Part shown: one piece after another, positions 50,091 through 61,882 of the stretch
Position numbering within the stretch: the stretch's first letter is position 1
Layout of the letters: every line of letters starts with the position of its first letter
Assembly: GCA_051362555.1 (NCBI GenBank)
Contig: CM120641.1
Coordinates: forward strand, 24,434,401-24,498,400
Reading direction: 5' to 3'
From: Lingula anatina
Lineage: Eukaryota > Animalia > Brachiopoda
DNA: 64,000 nucleotides
Made by a program: the position numbers and the translations under genes
The notes under the pieces: generated by a model
Told to the model about the DNA's origin: nothing
The model's input: the letters and a program-made list of their open reading frames with translations, nothing else
Database searches by the model: none

Positions 50091-53000
50091 CTCCCTGGTG
50101 TCGGTGCCGGTTGAAAAAGTCCCCTGCAAGGAGAAACATTCCAACTCTAAGTAAAACCGTAAGATCCTTTCTTTTTAAAATCATTCCATTTTATATAAAA
50201 ACTGGTAAAAGAGGGCAGAAATGCTGGTAAAAAAAGATTCAATAGAGCTTTAACAACATTTTTCTGAAAAGGTTTTTTTCCCCCAAAGTAGAAACGGATA
50301 CGTGTTTCATCAAGGGTCATGTCATATCAAAATTCTTTGAAGTGAAGGGACAGCATTTTTTCAAAATTCCATAATATCTACCACTGTGCCGGTTCATAAA
50401 TTGCCCATTTCACAAATACGATAGAAAACATTGAAGAATCCGTTATAGACATTACGGTGGGTGAAGCGGCAAGCGAAAACACGTGAAAAGGTGATCGGGC
50501 TATTTTTCCCAATGCTGCTTTCTCGGAATTTCAAATAAGGCTTTTGATACTCCAAATCGATTTCACTGAAAACGCACAGGTGGTTTCTATACTTGTACAC
50601 GGCATATGTTTTTCCCAGGCCTCACAATCAACGAACATATTGAAAAATTGGTCTACCAATGTAAGCTCGTGCGTAAAGCAAGACCATAGCGCCCATCAGT
50701 AGTTCACTCACCTGAAGTATGAGCGAATTTATTACAGCCGAGGAGCATCCGACTTGTGAGAGAAATACATATAATAGACTCAGTCAGTCTGTGTTAGCAT
50801 ATAGAAAATAGGGCAATGGCCCAATGGCGGGGAGTGGGGGGGGGGGGGGGGTATTCTAGACATTGTGCAATAGGCAGTCATAAGTTTGAATGTGATGGGG
50901 AAAGGGAATACGAAGAAGAAAGCGCCACTTTTCGACAAAGATGGAAATGTAGTTCAAGTGAATAGTTAGAAGGACGAATACACAGTAGACAGACAGACAG
51001 ATAGAAGAATGGACGGACAGACAGATAGAAACGGAAGAACGGATGGTGAAACAGACTTCAGGCAGATCTGCACTGATTTATATTACCTCCATCTTATTTT
51101 ATTTCATTTTGTGTCATTTAATTGGAATCTCTCTTTTAATATCATTTTATTTGATCATTCTTTTCCTATTTTATTCTTGCTATCTCTCTCTCTCTCATCA
51201 TATATCTCTTTGATCTAAAAATATCAACTTGTTGACAGCTAATATATTAGCTTGATGGGGGAATTATCACACCATGCTTTGAAAATTACTCACGTTTTCG
51301 TCTGACCTACTTTCTTTAGCTTCCGAATACTTTACTGTATAATCATAACGCTATCAATTGAACAAATATTTGTATGCTTTAACATATATTACTCAAATAT
51401 TTTTGTGTTGAAATATACAACAGATACAGTTATTTAGATCAAATAATGACTTTCGTATTATCAAAAAAAAAGAGAATGAAATTGAGAAACCATCCACCCA
51501 CCTGCAATACAGTGTTCTAGCTTGCCAGACAAAACAAGGTAAATAATAAAAAGAATAAGGTATATGATAACGTGCGCGATATGGAGAGAGAGCTATGTCA
51601 ATCAATAAGAGTATAAGTTTAATTGTCACGCCATGTCACACCACACTGGCGTCTTGTTTCACCGACTTAAACATCCCTCATCTATTCATTTCCGAATTCT
51701 TGTGGCGGCGTGCCAGGTAAAATTATAAATAAAGCGAAAGGAAGGGTGTTATAAAAGGTACCAAAACAATGCATTCGCTCTGTATCTTTTGCTGTTTATA
51801 CTGCTTTGGTTACAACCGGCCGACTACCACCACTGTACTACTGCTACCGCTACCTGGGATCGATTGATCTATCGACATAACGGTGCATTTAAATAAAAAA
51901 ATAAGTATTTTTTGGACTCCAAGGTCAACGCATTCTCTGTTAATTACGAAGACCATTAGCCCGCGATCTGTCTGATTCGTCATCACGAAGATGAGTTTAT
52001 CTCGGTTAAAAGAGGCAGGCAAGAGGTATGTAATGGTCCGGTGTGGAGGGGCATAAACACATTGTAAACAGACCACTTTTCGCGAATGGCATGCGGAAGT
52101 CTACGTAAAGAATATCTGACTGATTGCCACACTATTTCTAGTTTCTTCAACAGGCTTGGACCCCTTCAACAGGCTTGGACCCCCGCCCCCCAAAACCGCC
52201 CGATAATTGCCTACTTCAAACGAAGACATCTTGGCAGACAAAGCCACGCATCCACTGAGTTATTATTATTATTATTATTCTGATAATTCAGAAGTCTCTG
52301 TATACAGTGTTTGGGCTCATAATTTAAACTGTATGTACTGTAACAACAATATCAAAATCTAGTTCAAAAGGCCCCGTAGTTTTCTACGTCGATGAAAAAA
52401 TACTTTGCTTTATTGGCGAAGCGGTCACGTCTCCACTCCGCCCCCTTCCCCCTACCTTAAAGCAAAAATAAAAGCAATTGTTTTACACTTTTTTAAAATA
52501 GTTTGATGTGTCAGTTCATGCTATGCGGCATCAGTTCATATTGTTATTCATTGTGACAGTTCAATTCGACAATCCTGTCAAGCAATGATGTGTATGTGGC
52601 ACTTGAGTTTTTGTGTTGTTTGGTTATTTGTTTATCTGTCTTATAGCCACATATCCATATTTCAATTGCTTGATTGCCGATAAAAAAAGTTTCAAATGAG
52701 ATTTGCTTTCTTGTATTTCAATTATCAAACTACGTCAATTTCAGACTTGTAGACTAAAAAAACGGCATCACATTTAACCGGATAGCAAATTTAATGTTCT
52801 AATGTATTTTTCTTTTTTTCTTTTAATTTATAATTAGATAACGTTGCGTAAAGCACATGGGAGTACAAAAGTAGACAGAAGTAGTTTTCAAGGTGTTACT
52901 GCTCCTATATAGAATTATAATGTTGCCCTTGATTTTATTGCAAACAAGAGACAGGTGCGAGCATTTAACTTTTTAGATAGTTGTGGTATTTCCGTATAAG

Positions 53001-53825
53001 TCGTAACAATAGTTGAGATAACGCTAAGATAACGATGCAGACATTCATTGCCTTATTACCCCACTTCATGGATGCAAGTTAAGCCAAAAATAAGTTGTTT
53101 TTTCAACGAAATTGAAGACAGAAGCCACAGGGTGTCAATACAATTCAAAGAAAATGGAAGGTCTCCGAGAACGTTCTGCGCGCTTTGAGGTGGCTTCAGC
53201 AACATCATTAGCACATAGCATTGAAGATAACTCTGCGATTACAGCTATCTCACCTAGTGTCAGCGATAGCGAAACGCTGACTCAACCTTAAGTAAAAAAG
53301 TGTGAAAACTATTGCCGGTGTTTTGTATTTAACCAATTTGGGTCGGCACAGACGTTTCTGGTTGAAAAGTGGCAAATATCCGTGACTCATAAAACGAGGA
53401 ATCTTATTAAGCCAACACCAAGTAATTGGAGATAATTTCACCCCCGTTTACTATCAAAACATGCAGAGAAAAGAGCTATTCTGCTAGTGGTCGTTAATGA
53501 TTTAGCAGCTCATGATGTCCAGTTTGCTGTCTACCCAGTACACGTGGTCTTACCTTGAAAAAATATTAAGCTGAAAGAACAGAAAATATTTCATTTTTCT
53601 TTCAGAATACATAATATGAGTTCATCCATGCAGTTAATCTCCATTGTGTGAATATAAAGATATAAATAAATGGCAATTAACTCTAAATAAAGCCACATGT
53701 GAGATCAATGCATCGTCGTTATTAAAAGCTAAAAATGAACGCCATTATATAATCCAACGTCAGGTATATACATAACAGATCATACATGTGTGAAATTACG
53801 CGCGTAATCGTTTTACTCGCATAAT

Positions 53826-53831
<6 letters not shown>

Positions 53832-53862
<31 letters not shown>
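53832..53862. repeat. (TG)n microsatellite
   Basis: Perfect TG run. Confidence 0.95.
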
Positions 53863-53865
<3 letters not shown>

Positions 53866-55305
53866 GTTTAGGCAAGAAGTAAAAAAGTTCTTGATGTAAA
53901 GGAATGAGATTTATCAAGCATTTTATGATGTGATCCAAAATAAAATACCCGATAGATAAAATGCAATAGAAAAAATATAAAAATTCCTTGCCCTTAGCTG
54001 CGGATCTTACTACCCTCTATAAGGAGGCAAATTTTTAATTCTTGACAATTTACAAAAAATACGTAACAATTACGGATTTTCAGTGATTTAAACGATCGAA
54101 AGGAACTTGTATTTGTTTTGTTGCTATTGGATACTAAAATGATAAACAGTGAGTTTCTATGGTAATAACACTAAGAAAGACTGCGGTTTAATGGATTCGA
54201 TAATATTAATATTAGTGGCTGATCTACCAGTGTCTTCAGCTGCTAACGTGAAAGACGAAAGCTGGCGTTCGCTTGTAATAAAATCCACACTAAGCCACTG
54301 TGAGACCCATAAACGGAAGTGATATGTTATTTTCTCGTTATTTTCAAGTTTGTCTGATTAGATTAACAATAATAGCGCCGTAACATTCAAGCACTCCATA
54401 ATGCTAGTTATGAGTACCCTTATTAATGTTATATATAACTTCTTTTTGTAACAAGAAGGGATTGAAAATAATTGCCTCGCGTTTGGTAATAAAAAATGTA
54501 TCAGCCTGTGAAACATGATAAAGTAAGATTAACAATTGACTTACTCTACTATTAGAAGACTTAGTTGAAACCACTTGTTGTAATTAAATGCCCATTTACG
54601 AAGTGCACTTGTGGCAACGGGCTTTGGTGAAAACGACACGCGCCGTCGGCCAAGTACCGACCACCAGATAGACGCTTTACAAGGCTTAATATGCCTTGGT
54701 ATGTTTACAAACTTTCCAATGGCGACCTTCCGCATAAAGGATCAAGCTTTTGACACCGCGGACCGCAACCGGGTGATTGATTAAGAATTTGTGATTATTC
54801 AGTCAATTCCGATACCCCCGAACAATGTCTGGTACTTCTTCATGACTTACCTTTTTTTTTTTTTTTTTGACAACCGGTAATATTTGGAGTATGACGCCGC
54901 TTGGTTTCATTGTTTGGGTTACGGCCACATGTTTTATTAACATTTCCGATGCTTTGTGTGACCATTTGTTAGAAACATAATTTTGGTATCCAATGGAATA
55001 TGCGGCAACGAGTATCGATAAGTTTAGGGTGGTGCAGAATGACACGAATGATTTATTCATGAATTTCCTGTCATTCTATGTCATTGTATTTTAAGCTGTA
55101 TGATGATATAGCTGGGCCTGTTTTTTTTTTCTGAAAAATCATTGAGCTACAAAGATAGTGTACACAATAAATGTGAGACTGCAGAAAATCTGCGTTTTCC
55201 GGGTGCGCCTAGATACGCCAGGAAAACAAACTATGGCAGGTAAGACAATAAAACTTCACAAAATTGAAGCCCGAGAGCGTGGAAATTGGAGAAGAACCGT
55301 TGTTT

Positions 55306-55306
55306 G

Positions 55307-55357
<51 letters not shown>
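55306..55357. repeat. (TAA)n microsatellite
   Basis: Perfect trinucleotide run; it produces the poly-Ile ORF in the track. Confidence 0.95.
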
Positions 55358-55361
<4 letters not shown>

Positions 55362-56336
55362 TTATTAACAATTATAATAATCGAACCTTGACCCTCATGC
55401 TTAACGTCCAATGTCATCGGACAGAGAGGTACCAAACTTCAATTGTCACATTATATTCAATCCTTATATTTAGATTATTGAACCCTAAAAAATCTATAGG
55501 GATTACAATAAAAGCATTAGGACAACGCCTTCAGACATGAGAGTCAATATACCACGGTAAAGAAAAGTCACTTCAGACACGTAAACCACACAACAGAGGA
55601 ATGTAAAACAGATTTTATCTTTTAATGCTATATTTCACGCTCGTGTTTAACTTTGTTCGACATCAATACATCTACATTTTAGTTCGGGTGAAATAGCTTT
55701 CTAAATTTAGATCCACCCGCACTTCATTACATCAGAATAAATAGTGAGAAACACGTGCGTGGTAGGAGCTTAGATACGGTTGTATAGGTACACGGTTACT
55801 TCTGCGTGGCCTTACCTACCATTGATTGGCTCAGATACAGTGTATTACAGCGGTGAGTGTGAGGGTTTTGACGAGAAATCTGTCTTATTAATAAGTTTGT
55901 TTATTGTGTCATTATGAGTATGGTGGCGGCCAAGCGGCCACTTTGACAGTCAGTATAGAGTTAGCCTAAATTTCATCCACTCATCAATTTCATCACTATA
56001 TCAGAAACTGTAATAATTTTGAGTTTTTTCTGCATACTTACTGTGTACACAGAAGCGTGACTTAAAGCATTCACTTGGGCGCTGCTTAACAAACATTAAC
56101 GACATAAGGAAACACATAATTAGCAATTAATAAAAGGTGGAACCCCATCCTATCCAAAAATATTATTTATTATTGCGTCAAATGTGGTTTTACTATTGTG
56201 CAATCTTTGAGGAAAAATAGGTTTGTAACTGTCTTAACTCTTGCGCCCCCCTCTTCTCCGTACCCACCCCTGTCAGTGATTTGCTCCCCCTAGCTTTCAC
56301 TTCTTCCTCCCTCGCTATCTCCTTCTCACCTCTCTG

Positions 56337-56342
<6 letters not shown>

Positions 56343-56379
<37 letters not shown>
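56343..56379. repeat. (CT)n microsatellite
   Basis: Perfect CT run. Confidence 0.95.
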
Positions 56380-56380
<1 letters not shown>

Positions 56381-58893
56381 AGAATATTCACCTATAAGCT
56401 GATCCTTCCTTGTCGTAGTTTATAGGTAATTCCGCGTGTCTTTCCTAGAAAGGATCTTGTTAAAAAATCATTAAAATTTCACAATCTTACTGATGACACA
56501 TCAGAACCACTGGTCAATCAAATTCAGTTTAAAATAGAGTACAGAGTCGACCACCCACAATTAAAGAGAACAAAATTGTTTCCCTCCTTTCTCGAAATAA
56601 CATGCCTAACCTATTTACTTCGTTAATGGCGAATTAAGAAAATTTTAAGGAATAAATTTAAGGAAGACATTCCACAACCTTTACCAAACATATAGGGAAA
56701 ACAGTCAGGAAAAGATAAGCCAACAAGAAGATCCTTTATTGTACTGAATTGAACAGCGGTTTGAAACGATAAAAATCGACTTTTGATTGCTAATAACATC
56801 ATACGGGTAATAAGGCAATTAGCGCTTGGGAAAGGTGCTGTTGAAAAAACGCATTTGTTTATGATCGTCTCTTCAGGTGGTTCTAGATGCTAGTCATGTT
56901 AATCAGTCATTCCTACGCCTCCGCGTCTCAATCCACCAAGAATATTTCAGTCTATTCATACACATTTTCTTTTATTGTTAAGTTTAATGCGAGCTCCACC
57001 TATTTAAGTTTTGAATTAATGTGAATTAATTTTACTCACACTTCAGTTTTTCACGTACGTTCAAAGATAGCCATAGTGTTCAATGTGACCGAGGGCTTCA
57101 AGCGCCCAGACGCCCAGACGATAATCTGAAAGGGGTTCCAAAAACCTGCATTATTGATATTTTAAGCATTCAAACTTATTTATAACTGCGTGCAAACATA
57201 TAAAATATGATATTAATCTTTTTGAAAAAGAAAGAGACCACCTGTAACACAGTGCGAGAGGATTTGCTCAGACGAACAGCCCGCATCCCAACTTCAAACA
57301 CACTGAATATATTGCACTTTTTGTGAACCTCCATGTGTGTATATGAATACTCAACCTGTAAGCAGAAACAGACTGGTTACGGAATATCTAGCCATGATAA
57401 GTTCTTGGAACAGTAAGGCTCTGACCATATTCCTATCTGTTTCCTTGAAATCATAACTAACTTTCTCTCGGAACGAAGACAGTAATGCACTGCCATCAAA
57501 TCCTTGTTCAAGACACGTCTTCCTTTACAATGTAAATCACCACATGGATCATAACTCTGGCTTTATCGTTATTACCGCGTGTGCTTTAAAGTGATTCGCA
57601 CACTTTTATGTTTGTTTTCACAAAGGAAAAACATTTAAACCTAGAAGAAAATGGATTAGACAACTTAAGAAAGACGGCGATGTTTGCCACACACGTATTA
57701 CAGGTGGGGACAGAAAGTTGGACCGAACATTAATACCAAGATTTTAGTCTTTTTCGACCTAAGAAATTTCAATTATGATACACCTTGATAAAATATGGGC
57801 CTGATTTATAGCATAAATAGATACAAATTCAAATCTCTTATAGCAAAGCCTATCTCACGCTTTCGGTTGTTCTTGAGTTGTTAACGGACTGTTGCTAAGT
57901 CGATTGAAATTTACTCAATTCGTTGTCTGTATTTTCATCTATTTACAAACTTTTGAAAATCAATCATGACTAAAAGCTAGGATCCAAAATAAAGAGGATA
58001 AGAAAGCGGCAAATCGCCTTTGAACCATGATACCTTCGGGTAAACATTCCCCTATTGTCTAGTTAAGCTGTTTTGATAGCTTAGACAGCGTGTGGTCAGG
58101 CTAGCGTGACGAAGCGTGCACAGGCAGTTATCGCACATTACCGTATATTCTCGCGGTTGCTACGTTCCCGTCCGCCATGTTGGTTGTAAGTTTCAAAACG
58201 CGGTTGATTTCGTGAAATGTTTTAACGTTAAATATTGCAGGAAGTATTAAAAATGGGTCTGTATACCATAACGTTCTTTTTTGATATTGTGTTTAACAAA
58301 AAATAAAGTTGTCACTGGAATATTATGAAGAACAGCATGCTTTCATACAAGAAGAAAAAAGGGCTATAACAGGTAATTGTAACACGCAGACAGGCGGTGG
58401 AAACGCGCTACTTATATGATTAAGACGAGCCTAGCCGTCAGTACCGGATATTGTTGTGTGACCTTGAGGAGCAATTTGGTTTGGTCTTTGCGGCACGCAT
58501 GAACAGTAGTCGAACTACCACACCTGGGTCTTTTGTTTTTGACAACTGTTCACTCGTCATCGAGGCGCTTGTTCAAGACTACAGGCTGATATCTACTAGT
58601 ACTACCAGTGGCTTCATTAGTAACGTTCCCACAATACTTAAGTTTTCTGTCTGTGCGTACATACCCTGAAAAAAGCCAGCCTCGCTGACGAGAACAATGG
58701 ACGTTTCTCACCCCTCTCTAGGATTACCCCTGACGCAGACATGAAATAGATGACAATGTGCATTGGTTTTGCCAGTCGTTCCGGCGATTTTTGAATTATC
58801 TATGCGACATGAAGTGTTCACTTCGTATCATGTTACATTATTGTACGTAAAATATGTTTTTGTTAGAAGCTAGGATCCAAAATAAATTATCAG

Positions 58894-59304
58894 GCTGCTG
58901 GGTATTTGAAGAATACATGTAAGTGGGTAAATACTCTTGATAGAGGAGGCCTATTTCACATATCAGATGAGTTATTTCTGTTTTTAAGATTGCTTGAGGA
59001 GATTGTTAGCAAACAATTCTCGACACCAATCCTCATTCACTACCATCATGGCAATTTAACTTCTCCAATTTGGGATTCTGCTCTGAAAAATTCTTTACTT
59101 CTTTCTTACTGGGAGAAATTGACAACAGGTGCAACAACCAAGGTAAAAATGGACCTTATGTACATGTTCATACGTCTTTATATTACCATTAGAGGGAACT
59201 CTTTTCGAAGAAAACTCTTGGAAAAGTACCAACAGATCACAAAAACTACTCTGAAAGAAAAGGGGCTAAGAAAATCTCTTAAGAATAAATCATCTTCAAA
59301 ATGA
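58894..59304 (+). pseudogene. 5'-truncated second (convergent) ORF of the P-like element
   Basis: KWVNTLDRGGLFHISDELFLF...IRGNSF...KGLRKSLK. The W..(D)RGGL motif is associated with P/THAP9-type elements. The frame opens at an internal TIR fragment and has no obvious own start. Confidence 0.55.
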
Positions 59305-59763
59305 GTCAAATTTGGAACATTAAGTATTTGTGAAGTGATGTGAACAGTATATATACGTCAAATGTAGAAAGTTATATTTTAGTGCATTTTAAGAGATTAC
59401 TTGGTAGTAGAATATTACTGTTTGTATCCGAGGTGGAAATTATTTAGGGCGTGTTAAGTAGATGATTTGTTAGTAAATAGTTACTGTATCTTGTAAAGGA
59501 AATTCTTTAGCACTCTTTTTACACTCAACTCAGATTTGTGTAATTTGATAGATTGAATAGACATTGGGTTTGTTGCATTTTTCTGTTGCGTTGTACTGTC
59601 ATTTAACTGTCTAAGAGATCCAAATTTCACAATGAATGCATTGATCATAGAAATAAAATAAATGCTATTATACCACAACAACAGCGGTTAATCAAATTAT
59701 TCTGAAATCTATGCTTGCCATCACTTTGTGTGTTCTCCATAGATGTCTGCACTCTGTAATAAT

Positions 59764-59922
59764 CTCTTAAGAAAATACTACAAAAAGAAAACTTTTAGAA
59801 AAAAAATCAGGGACTAACTTTGAATGTCAGAATGAATTCACAAACCATTGGTTAGCACGGGTTAATTGTCCTTTACCCCAGGAAAAGCCATTTTTTGGCC
59901 AAAATGAACAGTTAATATCCCT
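59764..59922. repeat. Truncated MITE family E copy inside the P-like element
   Basis: CAGGGACTAACTTTG...CATTGGT...TTTACC.CAGGAAAA..CATTTTTTGGCCAAA.TGAACAGTT shared with about 35750-35900. Confidence 0.75.
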
Positions 59923-60331
59923 TGAAAGTTCTCTCTCCCCCTAAACACTAAGTGAAAAAAATCCAGATGTACAGTTCAAATAAGTTTATTAAACGAATTC
60001 ACTTGTTCATGCAATTCATCACTGTAATTTCCCAATAAGATGCAGCCTGTTAAATGTAACCTGTACACATTTACTTATCTAAGTTTATCAACAAATTGAA
60101 ACCCCAAAAAACTTCAAAACATTTCATTTATGATCAACAAAATTGTCACCACAACACCATTTATCTATTAATCATGGCTTATACAGTTAAAAAAAAAGAA
60201 CACTGATGCTAACTATTAAGTGCCAGCTGATGACACATGGGCTGATGTATGAATAACTAATACTAATACTAATAAAGTTACCTATCATTCTACAACATTC
60301 TATAATAATTGGTATCCCCCATTGAAAAGTG

Positions 60332-61232
60332 CTAGATGATCTTTCTTCTTTTGGCTAGAGGTGTACTGTCAATTTCTCTTTGTGGTTGTGCCTGGCGGGA
60401 ATTTCCTCGAAATGATGCCATGGCAAATGATTTCTGTATTCTAATTGCTGACGTGTTGTGGTGGAACGATGATACGTTTGGATTTTCATTGGCACCACCC
60501 GCATTTCTCTGCATGGAAAAGTACTGCTCCAAGGGGTCCTGATTGAAATGGTCTGCTAGCACAAAAGCAACTCCTTTGCTCAGTAAAAAACGGCAGGATT
60601 CTATAAAAGACAAGACTGTTAATTCACCTGAGGTGAGGAAACATCTATAACTTAATCTTAATTAATTAAACATCTAAAATGAAATATTTCAATGATTGAA
60701 CAAGATCATAATAATAAGATTGTAGGGAATAAGGTAGATCAAAATGAAGCAATTCATTGTAAAAGATTCTCACCATTTGACTGTTGAGTATCTGAGTTGT
60801 CAGAAGAAACATCCTTCAGGCTGCTTAAAGACATGTCATCCTCAGGTTCACTAGATTGTTGACTTGACACGACACATTCTGCATAAGAAAGAAACATTTA
60901 GAACTCCAGTTTTAATAATAATCATAAATAACTTAATGTTACAGGCATCTAAGATGATAATAATAATATACACCACATTCACAGCATTCCAAAATTAAAG
61001 ACTCTGGTTGCAAGCTGGCAGATTAAATAAGAATATAACAGCAACATTTTGTTTCATTTATAAAATTCACCTGGTTATTTGTATAATACACAATGCAAAA
61101 ACCTTTACCACCGTTGTCATTTGTCCCTGGATACGTAGTTGTGTCTTTGGAAATCTTTGCTGATTTACCATATTTCTTGGCCTGGGCATTCTTAACCTTC
61201 TTGCCTATCTTCTTTCTCTTTTTAATTGGCAT
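60332..61232 (-). pseudogene. Internally deleted P-element/THAP9-like transposase; three exons still in frame (176 aa)
   Basis: Exons (minus) 61232-61103, 60878-60774 and 60627-60332 splice in phase 1-1 to give MPIKKRKKIGKK...SNGELTVLSFIESCRFLLSKGVAFVLADHFNQDPLEQYFSMQRNAGGANENP...PLAKRRKII. Only the final catalytic Glu segment (QDPLE) of the RNase H-like core remains. Confidence 0.7.
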
Positions 61233-61378
61233 CTGAGGAAAGAAATATGTATTACTATGTACCCGACCAGTTAGTGTTATACTAACTCTGGACCACATTG
61301 TTAAAAAATAAATAACATATATGTTTTTATGAAGAAAAAGGTCATGTTTTTTACCATTCAGCCAGGTTGACATTAGAT

Positions 61379-61882
61379 TGATTAGGCAATTTAAGTCCTT
61401 GATATCTCTGGAATAAAAACTCTAATCCACTAATATCCATCGTAACGTCTTTTGTCCCAAAACATACAATATAGATGCAGGTATAAAATGAGACATATCA
61501 GTTATATTTGTGTGCATTTGTATCTAAAAGAAGGGGTCCGCGGCGTTACATCGTTCGGCCATGTTGAATTTAGAGTGATTAGGCAATTTAAGTCCTTGAT
61601 ATCTCTGGAATAAAAACTCTAATCCACTAATATCCATCGTAACGTCTTTTGTCCCAAAACATACAATATAGATGCAGGTTTAAAATGAGACATATCAGTT
61701 ATAATTGTGTGCATTTGTATCTAAAAGAAGGGGCCCGCGGCGTTACATCGTTCGGCCATGTTGAATTTAGAGTGATTAGGCAATTTAAGTCCTTGATATC
61801 TCTGGAATAAAAGCTCTAATCCACTAGTATCCATTGTAACGTCTTTTGTTATAAAACGTACAATATAGATGTGGGTTTAAAA
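61379..61882. repeat. 197-bp tandem repeat, about 2.5 copies, inside the P-like element
   Basis: TGATTAGGCAATTTAAGTCCTTGATATCTCTGGAATAAAA starts at 61379, 61576 and 61773; copies are nearly identical. Confidence 0.95.

Noticed and set aside
52145-52185. TTGGACCCCTTCAACAGGCT resembles mature miR-133
   Set aside because: Three mismatches including one in the seed, no evident hairpin partner, and it arises from a local 19-20-bp tandem duplication (CTTCAACAGGCTTGGACCCC).
55286-55540. Poly-Ile 'membrane' ORF
   Set aside because: Translation of a (TAA)n microsatellite.
61379-61882. Regularly spaced repeats that might suggest a CRISPR-like array
   Set aside because: Whole 197-bp units repeat with no unique spacers; the context is eukaryotic and inside a transposon.
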